Translations under genes and position numbers: made by a program
Assembly: GCA_963729895.1 (NCBI GenBank)
Contig: CAVSQB010000003.1
Location: 147,868-211,867, forward strand
Length of the DNA: 64,000 bases
Source: an uncultured Fibrobacterota bacterium
GTDB lineage: Bacteria; Fibrobacterota; Chitinivibrionia; Chitinivibrionales; FEN-1185
Direction: 5' to 3'
The notes under the pieces: generated by a model
Databases searched by the model: none
What the model was told of the DNA's origin: nothing
The model's input: only the letters and a program-made list of their open reading frames with translations
Shown here: one piece after another, positions 10,335 to 17,615 of the stretch
Position numbering within the stretch: the first letter of the stretch is position 1
Layout of the letters: the number at the start of each line of letters is the position of its first letter

Positions 10335-10829
10335 ATGACCGAACACAGGACATTCGAGCTGGAGGACATCCTCGCGATACTGCCGCACCGGCCGCCGTTC
10401 CTCTTTGTAGACCTGGTCACCAGGCTCGTTGTTGACAAATTAATAATCGCCGAACGAACCATCCGCGACGACGAGCCGTTCTTCGCAGGGCATTTCCCGC
10501 AGAAGCACGTGATGCCCGGCGTGCTGGTCACCGACGCGCTTGCGCAGGCCAGCGGTCTTCTTTGGGGATTTTCCAGGAAAGCCGCGGGCGGCGTTTCGAC
10601 GTCCCCGACGGAGGGCGTGCCGCCCGCCTCAGCGCCGCGGATGTTTTATCTCGCATCGGCAAATATGAAATTCCTGAACCCGTCGTTCCCGGGCGAGACC
10701 CTCGAGCTGGTCTCCACGTGCGAAACCAGCCTTGGTGCACTGTTCAGCTATTCGGTGGAAGCGCACGTGGGAAGAAAGATTGTTGCCAAGGGGACCCTTG
10801 CACTGGCCATGATGGACGGCACGCCATGA
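10335..10829 (+). CDS. FabZ/FabA-family 3-hydroxyacyl-ACP dehydratase
   Basis: LPHRPPFLFVD and FFAGHFP..VMPGVLVTDALAQ hot-dog motifs. Confidence 0.88.
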   Translation: MTEHRTFELEDILAILPHRPPFLFVDLVTRLVVDKLIIAERTIRDDEPFFAGHFPQKHVMPGVLVTDALAQASGLLWGFSRKAAGGVSTSPTEGVPPASAPRMFYLASANMKFLNPSFPGETLELVSTCETSLGALFSYSVEAHVGRKIVAKGTLALAMMDGTP

Positions 10830-11911
10830 AGGTGCTCCTGTTGCGCGCCAACCCGAGAAAGAACGGCTTTACCCGGCGCCTGACCGATCTGTTTGTCAAG
10901 GGCATTCGCGACGCGGGAGCCCCGCTCGTGGAACGGGACCTGGCGTCGCTTACCATCAAGCAATGCACGGGGTGCTACAGCTGCTGGGTCACGTCGCCGG
11001 GCAGGTGCATCCTCCGGGACGACATGCCGACTATTCTGCAGGACATTCTCGATGCGGATATCATCGTGTGCTCCACGCCGCTCAACGCATTTTCGGTAAG
11101 CAGCCTTCTCAAGAATGTTTTCGACCGGACCCTGCCGCTTACGCAGTCGCGCTTCGAGCAGTCACCGGCGGGCACGGTGCGCAACTCGCTCCGGTTCCCG
11201 GAACGATGGCCCAAGAAGATTGCGGCCATCGTGGTGGGGGCGTTCAAAGGCGAGGAAAATTTCTCCGCCGTGCGAAGCATGCTGATGCTCTATGCCAACG
11301 CCATGTCCATGGAGTATTGCGGCGAACTTATCAGGCCGGAGTCCTACCTGCTCCAGTTTACGCTTGCCAAACCGCTTACCGTCAAGTCGATAGAAGCGGC
11401 ATTTGTGAAGGCGGGATACGAACTGGCCTCTGCAGGCCGGATTACTTCGGAGACGCAGCGGAAGGCGGCGGTCCCGCTTTCGCCGGACCTGAATTATTTC
11501 AAGAAATACTCCAACATTTACTGGGAGCATGCGGTTGCGCTGGGAGAACAATCCCGCGACCTTGACCTCCTGAGCAAAAACGTGATGTCCGACGTACGCA
11601 TCCTCATGCAGGAGATGGCGCGCAGCGTTGACCCCCTGGCAACCGCCCACCTCGCGGCCTCGTTCCAATTCGATTTTCCCGACAAGCAGTACGCGTTCAC
11701 CCTTGCCGTCGATCACGGCGCGTGCACATGTACAGAGGGCAAGGCCGATAAGCCCAACCTGACGGTGACGGTTTCCACCGACGTGTGGGCAAAGGTGTTC
11801 ATGCGTCAGATTAACGTGCGGGACGCGCTCATGAGCAAACAGATTGTGCTGGAGGGGGACAAGTTCCTGTTTTCGAGGCTCGACAGGTATTTTCCGCCCC
11901 CGGTGATGTGA
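10826..11911 (+). CDS. Iron-sulfur flavoprotein (flavodoxin-like) fused to an SCP2 lipid-binding domain
   Basis: MKVLLLRANPRKNGFT and CTGCYSCW..C..DDM. The C-terminus FQFDF..LAVDHG..CTEG..PNLTVTVSTDVW..ALMSKQIVLEGD is typical of SCP2. ATGA overlap with the dehydratase. Confidence 0.8.
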   Translation: MKVLLLRANPRKNGFTRRLTDLFVKGIRDAGAPLVERDLASLTIKQCTGCYSCWVTSPGRCILRDDMPTILQDILDADIIVCSTPLNAFSVSSLLKNVFDRTLPLTQSRFEQSPAGTVRNSLRFPERWPKKIAAIVVGAFKGEENFSAVRSMLMLYANAMSMEYCGELIRPESYLLQFTLAKPLTVKSIEAAFVKAGYELASAGRITSETQRKAAVPLSPDLNYFKKYSNIYWEHAVALGEQSRDLDLLSKNVMSDVRILMQEMARSVDPLATAHLAASFQFDFPDKQYAFTLAVDHGACTCTEGKADKPNLTVTVSTDVWAKVFMRQINVRDALMSKQIVLEGDKFLFSRLDRYFPPPVM

Positions 11912-11951
11912 GAGGCCGCAGCGATCCATTGATGAAGAAGATCTCCGGCGG

Positions 11952-12316
11952 TTACTCTTTCTGCGGTTTTCTCGTATGATACCCTTTTTCCCCATACGGC
12001 CCGAGTCTGTCGAGCCATAATTCTTCCAGCGTTTTCAAATCGCCGTCGCAGTCCCACAGCGGATCGTCCTTGGGTTCCAGACGGTCCAGAATTTCAAACG
12101 AAAACCCGGCCTCGCCGAGCTGCGAATAATCTTGTTGCAGTTCCCGGTTCATGTGGCTGCCGTTTGCAAGCTGGAATTTGCAGCTGTTAAGTCTGCCGGG
12201 CAGGTTCTGTGCGGCCCCGATGAAGATTTTCCCGTTCGACAGGTTCTTGATCTGGTAAATTCCCATGGGCAGAGGGGTTTGTTGTATGTGCGGATGAGGT
12301 CTTTTCGGGAGTCCAT
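11952..12316 (-). pseudogene. GIY-YIG family protein with a 1-nt frameshift near codon 12
   Basis: ATG 12316 overlaps the fabD stop (TAATG) and reads MDSRKDLIRTY. The conserved QTPLPMGIYQIKN..GKIFIG continues in another frame; the span is 365 nt. Confidence 0.7.
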
Positions 12317-13257
12317 TAATGACCCACTCCCAGTTCCCGCACCGCCCGATCGAGCCCGGTAAGATTATTGACATTATAGACCGTTGTGGTCTTGGGGAAC
12401 CCGTTTACCCGGATGAGGCCGGACAGGATCCGCTGCGGCCCGATCTCCAGGAAGGTATCCGCGCGCATTGTCCGAAGCGTTTCCATGCATGCGCGCCAGC
12501 ACACGGGCTTTACAAGTTGCTGGGTAACAAGGTCTTTGATCTCGGCGGGATCGGCCTCGAATTCGCCCGTGGAATTGAGCAGCAAAGGAATTCCCGGTTC
12601 GTGAAACGTTATCGACCCGACCCAAGATCGGAATCTGGCCATGGCGTCTTCCATGTACGGGCTGTGCCACGGGCCGGACACGAGCACCGACTTTGTTTTG
12701 CCGATGCCCTGCTCGCCCAGCCGCCGCGAGAACTCGGCCATGGCCGCAAGGTCGCCCGACACCACGATCTGGTTGGGTGCATTGTCGTTGGCGAGAACGA
12801 TATCGCGCGGCCGGTCCATGGCGGCGAGCAGCTCTTTTACTTTGTCAAGAGGGGTAAACAGGACCGCGGTCATGCCGCCGTTGCAGCGCGACGCCGCCTC
12901 GTCCATGAACTCCCCGCGCTTGGCGGCCATGGTGACGGCCTCCTCGGCCGTCACCACACCGGATGCCGCAAGCGACGTTATCTCGCCGAGCGAATGGCCG
13001 AGCACGGCTTCGGGGACAATGCCCCGCTCGCGGACGAGGCGCAGATACCCGAGCGAAACGGCCGCCAGAAGCGGTTGAAGAAACTGCGCCTTTCGCAGCT
13101 TCTTTTCCGGACCGCGCAGGCACAGTTTTTTGAGGTCTTCGTGGGTGAGATCGCTTCCCATCGCGACAAGCGAACAAAGGAAGGGGTCGCCCTTGAAAAG
13201 GTCGTGACCCATGCCGATTTCCTGCGACCCCTGTCCTGGAAAGAGAAATACGATCAT
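12316..13257 (-). CDS. fabD: Malonyl-CoA:ACP transacylase
   Basis: FLFPGQGSQ, GHSLGE, ANDNAPNQIVVSG, VSGPWHS and FLEIGP. Confidence 0.92.
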   Translation of the reverse strand: MIVFLFPGQGSQEIGMGHDLFKGDPFLCSLVAMGSDLTHEDLKKLCLRGPEKKLRKAQFLQPLLAAVSLGYLRLVRERGIVPEAVLGHSLGEITSLAASGVVTAEEAVTMAAKRGEFMDEAASRCNGGMTAVLFTPLDKVKELLAAMDRPRDIVLANDNAPNQIVVSGDLAAMAEFSRRLGEQGIGKTKSVLVSGPWHSPYMEDAMARFRSWVGSITFHEPGIPLLLNSTGEFEADPAEIKDLVTQQLVKPVCWRACMETLRTMRADTFLEIGPQRILSGLIRVNGFPKTTTVYNVNNLTGLDRAVRELGVGH

Positions 13258-13264
13258 GAGAGGG

Positions 13265-13999
13265 TCATGCCACGGTTGAGGTGAGGCCGCCGTCAACAAC
13301 GAGCGCCTGGCCTGTGATGTACGACGACTCGTCGGACGAGAGGAACGCCACCGCCGCCGCAACCTCCCGGGGCGTGCCGAAGCGTTTGACAAGGATGCGG
13401 GCAAGGTTCTGCTGTTTTATCTGACGCGGCATCTTTGCGGTCATGTCGGTTTCCACGAACCCGGGCACCACCGCGTTGACGCGGATGCCCCTCGGCCCGA
13501 GCTCGGCCGCGAGCGAACGGGTGAAGGCGAGAATGGCTCCCTTGGACGCGGCGTAATTGGTCTGACCGCCGATGCCCACCATGCCCGACACCGAAGCGAT
13601 GTTCACGATTGCGCCCTTTTGCGCGGACATCATGGGCCGCGTCACAGCCTTTGCAAACCGGAAAGCGCCGTTGAGGTTGATGTCAAGCACCCTGTTCCAT
13701 TCGTCAAACGGCATCATCATGAGATAGCCGTCGGCGGTGACGCCGGCGTTGTTCACCAGAATGTCGATGCGGCCCTCGCCCTTTACGATGTCGCTCACGG
13801 TCCGCTCGACGGCCTCGCCGTCTTCCTGCGGACACAGCACTTTGTGAGCGCCGGTTTTCCGGGCCGTTTCGGCGGCCGCGTCCTCGCGACGATGATAGGT
13901 GAAATACACCGCGGCGTTCCGCGCCCGGAATTCTTCGACGATGGCGCCGCCGATACCGCGCGAGCCGCCGGTGACCAGCGCTACCTTGTTGGAAAACAT
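13265..13999 (-). CDS. fabG: 3-oxoacyl-ACP reductase
   Basis: [17 protein letters not shown] (YxxxK), PGFVETDM and VDGG. Confidence 0.92.
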   Translation of the reverse strand: MFSNKVALVTGGSRGIGGAIVEEFRARNAAVYFTYHRREDAAAETARKTGAHKVLCPQEDGEAVERTVSDIVKGEGRIDILVNNAGVTADGYLMMMPFDEWNRVLDINLNGAFRFAKAVTRPMMSAQKGAIVNIASVSGMVGIGGQTNYAASKGAILAFTRSLAAELGPRGIRVNAVVPGFVETDMTAKMPRQIKQQNLARILVKRFGTPREVAAAVAFLSSDESSYITGQALVVDGGLTSTVA

Positions 14000-14128
14000 G
14001 ATTGCCTTGTGCGTTATGGGGACGGGGCGATTACAGGGATATAAAATAGTAATTGCAGAGGAAAAGGCGATTACCTAAGTCAGAATAGATTTGGGAATTT
14101 GTTGTTACCGGGTGTTTCCAGGGGTGCG

Positions 14129-14547
14129 CATCTGGATGGCTGAGCCGGGTGACCCCAAAGTGGAAGTTTGGGCGAGAATCCAATCACCTGCTGTGGGGCA
14201 CCCATGAGGTGCAGTTGTGAAGACCGAGGAAAGGATTCCAGTTTGCGCATTGACAAGCAAACGCGTTTTCATGCATTTGCATCTTGCGTGGCGGAACCTG
14301 ACACTTGTGGCAACTATCTTTTGTCCAGCGCCAGGCCGGACCGCCGGGCGCGCAAGTGCGCGGTGCCGGCCGAACCGGCCGAAGGCATAGGGCGGCCCGG
14401 CACAGAGGCCATAGGCCGAGCCCAGAGGGAGAGCCGCCGCCCCGGCAGAGACGTGGCGCTACGTCTCTGCCGGAGCGGGGCGCCCATATCCTTATCTCGA
14501 TATTGCAACGGGTACATCCACGCTGCACCCGCTCAGCAATCCAAAAT
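14129..14547. repeat. Long copy of MITE-like element (family A) with an internal REP-like palindrome
   Basis: Imperfect inverted ends TGGATGGCTGAGCCGGGTG and CACCCGCTCAGCAATCCA. Contains CCGGCAGAGACGT-ggcgct-ACGTCTCTGCCGG. 14422-14539 is identical to the reverse complement of 46956-47073. Confidence 0.75.
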
Positions 14548-14558
14548 TATTTCTATTA

Positions 14559-15459
14559 GGTAATTATAAAGGATCTTGCACCAAATTAGTGATCATTTTG
14601 ACAAGTTTTTCAAAGAAATTTTCATGACGATGATTGTACCGAAAAGCCATTTCGTTCAGATACCCTGGAAAGTATTCTTTGGAGACTCCATGGAACTTTG
14701 CAAGACGTTCCTTAGCATAGCTCCAGAAGCCTTCCAAACCGTTAATATAAACTTTGCCTGTGGCAAATCTTTTCCCATGGTCGACTCTCAAATGCCGATA
14801 ACCGCAGAACATCAGGGCGTCATAGCCGCGGAATTTGTCAGTGTAAATGATGGAGCCTCGTCTGACCATTTTCACAGTCTCAGTCAACAGGCTTTCGGCA
14901 GTGACGTTTTTTACTACTGTCACCTTCACTTTTCCGTGTCTCTCCAGGATACCAAAGACGGGAACCTTTCCGGCAGCACCCCGGCCACGTTTACCTTTAC
15001 GCCTGCCGCCGAAGTAGGATTCATCGAGCTCAACCTCTCCAGAGAGCCAGAAATCGCTTTCAGCGACCATCAAGGCCCTTCGGATGAGATTACACATCCG
15101 CAAGACCGTGGGATAGCTCAAACCGATCTGAGTTGCTATCCTGCGTGCTGAGACTTCCAGTTCAAAGAGCTTAATGATCCACAGCAGCTTTTTCAGAGGG
15201 ACGCGGCACTGACCAATCCACCGATTCGAGAAGTCATGAAAGGTATTTCCGCATCGTTTGCACCTGAACTTTTTACCTTTTAAACGATAGATTTTATGGC
15301 TGTTACAATTGATGCAGAAAACATGGCCATTTTTCCAACAGAACTTTCTGAGGAACAATTTTGCCCTGTTTTCAGTTTTCCCTATGAATTCAAAGGTTTC
15401 TAATTGACTAAAGCCCATATGCACAAGATAATTCCTGTGCAAGATGTTTTATAATCACC
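14559..15459 (-). mobile_element. IS1595-family insertion sequence (901 bp)
   Basis: TIRs GGTAATTATAAAGGATCTTGCAC and GGTGATTATAAAACATCTTGCAC; 8-bp TSD TTCTATTA at 14551-14558 and 15460-15467. Confidence 0.93.
14564..15442 (-). CDS. IS1595 (ISXO2-like) transposase
   Basis: Zn ribbon CINC..CKRC, VELDESYFGG, GRGAAGK, YTDKFRGY, INGLEGFW and FRYN. Exact start uncertain. Confidence 0.93.
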   Translation of the reverse strand: MHRNYLVHMGFSQLETFEFIGKTENRAKLFLRKFCWKNGHVFCINCNSHKIYRLKGKKFRCKRCGNTFHDFSNRWIGQCRVPLKKLLWIIKLFELEVSARRIATQIGLSYPTVLRMCNLIRRALMVAESDFWLSGEVELDESYFGGRRKGKRGRGAAGKVPVFGILERHGKVKVTVVKNVTAESLLTETVKMVRRGSIIYTDKFRGYDALMFCGYRHLRVDHGKRFATGKVYINGLEGFWSYAKERLAKFHGVSKEYFPGYLNEMAFRYNHRHENFFEKLVKMITNLVQDPL

Positions 15460-15475
15460 TTCTATTATTATAGTC

Positions 15476-16048
15476 TCAGCCAACAAACGAACCAAGCCCC
15501 TGCAACCTCGGCAGGTTCTTCTTGAGGTCCAGCTCCAGCAGGAAGACCGTTTCGTTATTGTGGACCAGTTCGCCCACTACCTCCAATCCGATCATCTGAT
15601 ACGGCCGGACCCTTCTCTGTGAACAGGTTCCGTACACTCGTGCAACATTTTTGGCGATCAATTTCTCCAGAAAAAACCCGGTAAAGAGCTTGAGCATGGG
15701 CGTGCCGTTCCCCAGGTCGAGCAGGCAGAACATCTGTACTATTTCGCAAATATCTTTATTCGATTTATCAATTTTAAACCCTTCCAGCTCGAGTTGCAGG
15801 GCGTGATCCAACCCGAAATTGAGGGCAGCGCCGGCAACGATCCGCCCGCCCACTTTTGCAAGGTAGATTTCCTGGAACTCGTAGGGGATTACGGCGGCAA
15901 TACGTTTTGCCTTGTGATTGAATTTCCAGATATGATCGAGGTTGGGGCTGCCGCCGAACGCGCGGTAAAAGGCCCGTTCGTATGCGACAAGCTCGCTTTC
16001 GTTGGCGGAATCCAGGACGGCAAAAATGAAACTTCCCTTGTTCTCCAA
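15476..16048 (-). CDS. Hypothetical protein, possible GNAT-fold (FeeM/LuxI-like) acyltransferase
   Basis: GAGGA RBS with TTG start. Pattern YRAF..IYLAKVGGRIVAGAAL..ICEIVQMF..VYGTC..YQMIGLEVV resembles GNAT strands and the YxxxGF motif. Confidence 0.5.
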   Translation of the reverse strand: MENKGSFIFAVLDSANESELVAYERAFYRAFGGSPNLDHIWKFNHKAKRIAAVIPYEFQEIYLAKVGGRIVAGAALNFGLDHALQLELEGFKIDKSNKDICEIVQMFCLLDLGNGTPMLKLFTGFFLEKLIAKNVARVYGTCSQRRVRPYQMIGLEVVGELVHNNETVFLLELDLKKNLPRLQGLGSFVG

Positions 16049-16212
16049 GAATGTCCTCGATTATGAAATTCGATATTCTTTTCACCACTTCTTACCCGCC
16101 CTCTCGCAGATCTCCCGGAGCGGACTTGAAGGCGTCAGCTTTGTTACAGAAATATTTCCAATAAGCCCCCTTCGGGGATCTGCGAGGGGGCTTGGACAAA
16201 TGAAAACGGTTC

Positions 16213-17322
16213 TTACAATTCGTCCAGCTTCACCGTAAGGCTTTTGGGCATGATGGGAGGCATGGAGATGGTGTGGACAACAGGCCCTTGTTGCGAACCG
16301 AGATTGAACGAAAGGCCTGCAAATGCGATATCTACCGGAAACAAGGCAAGGCCTACCTGCGTCTCCAATGAATAGGAGTAGCACGACGCCACGACCTCGG
16401 CAACCCTGGCCGGCCCGTTATAAAGAGGCGTGTCTTTGGGAAGCGCCTGGACCCCGGACTCGGTGCAGATGCCGATGATTTTTTTAGTGAGGCCCGCGGC
16501 CCGGCGCGCCGCAATGGCTTTTTGGCCGGTGAAGTTCTCTTTGCTGAAATCAATCATCCACTGGAGGCCGAGCGCGAGCGGATCGCGCACGAGCGCACCT
16601 TCGGCGAAAATGTTGAAAAAACGGCCTTCGAGCCGCAGGTCATTGTGAATGTCAACTCCGCACAGCCCTCCGCCGTTCTTCTCGGCAGCGGCCAGACAGG
16701 CATCGAACAGCGAGGCCGCGCGTGCGGCAGGCGCCATGAGGAGGTAGCCGAATTCGGAGGTCTTGCCCGCCCTGAACAGCGACACCGGCTCCCCCTGGAA
16801 ATCGTACCGCTCCACCGAAAGATACGGAAGCCCCAGTACGTCCGCCCCGAACAGTTGCTTGACCACGGCCCAAGCCTTGTACCCGTCGATTCCGAGAAGG
16901 GCGTGACTTTCCGACAGGTCAACCATGCCCGCGCCTGCCGCGCCGCGGTCCAGAAGCATGGTCCGAAACGCAGCATCGTCCAGGATGCTTTCGCAGAGGA
17001 GGACAAACTGCTCGTCGTTGTTGGCCACGTAGCAATCCGCGATCACGGCCCCGCCCTCATCGGCGATAAAGGTGTGCAGCAGGCGACCGAACCGCACTCG
17101 CGCCACGTTGCCGGCGCAGAGAGAATCCAGAAAATCGAGGCCCTTATCTTCCGGAAAGCTGAACCGCTGCATAAACGAGGCGTCTGTGAGCGCAACCGAA
17201 TCGCGCACCAGATGGTACTCGGTTGAGCGATCGGCAACCCTGGTAACGACTTCAGCGCCGAACCTCTCGCCAGAGACGGCGTTCTTCTTTGCAAAGCAAT
17301 CATGGAATTGCGAAGCTCTCAT
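16213..17322 (-). CDS. GcvT/aminomethyltransferase-like folate-binding protein
   Basis: VRDSVALTDASFM, GKTSEFGYLL, DLRLEG, KENFTGQKA and a C-terminal barrel. ATGA overlap with ACP. Confidence 0.85.
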   Translation of the reverse strand: MRASQFHDCFAKKNAVSGERFGAEVVTRVADRSTEYHLVRDSVALTDASFMQRFSFPEDKGLDFLDSLCAGNVARVRFGRLLHTFIADEGGAVIADCYVANNDEQFVLLCESILDDAAFRTMLLDRGAAGAGMVDLSESHALLGIDGYKAWAVVKQLFGADVLGLPYLSVERYDFQGEPVSLFRAGKTSEFGYLLMAPAARAASLFDACLAAAEKNGGGLCGVDIHNDLRLEGRFFNIFAEGALVRDPLALGLQWMIDFSKENFTGQKAIAARRAAGLTKKIIGICTESGVQALPKDTPLYNGPARVAEVVASCYSYSLETQVGLALFPVDIAFAGLSFNLGSQQGPVVHTISMPPIMPKSLTVKLDEL

Positions 17323-17615
17323 TGCTGCGCCCCTTTTTCAGCCTTTTGGGCGAGTACGAAATCGACCACGGTGTTGATGGACCGCAACACGGAGATGTTT
17401 TCGTCCGGGATCTTGATACCGAACGAATTCTCGATGCATAATACGATTTCCAGGGCATCGAGGGAGTCGAGGCCGAGGCCGGCGCCGAGCAGCGCTACGT
17501 CCTCGTGGAGGTCCTGCGGCGTGTAGGGAAGGTTCAGGCGGCGGATGAGCTCCTTCTTGAAGGTATCAATCACCTCGCGGCGCTTTTCGATAACCGCCTG
17601 CATTGTATCAGCCAT
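17319..17615 (-). CDS. Acyl carrier protein
   Basis: GLGLDSLDALEIV phosphopantetheine Ser motif, FGIKI, 98 aa. Confidence 0.92.
   Translation of the reverse strand: MADTMQAVIEKRREVIDTFKKELIRRLNLPYTPQDLHEDVALLGAGLGLDSLDALEIVLCIENSFGIKIPDENISVLRSINTVVDFVLAQKAEKGAQQ

Noticed and set aside
8871..10388. 505-aa antisense ORF and many similar shadow ORFs
   Set aside because: They overlap well-supported genes on the other strand or frame, as expected in GC-rich DNA, and have no motifs.
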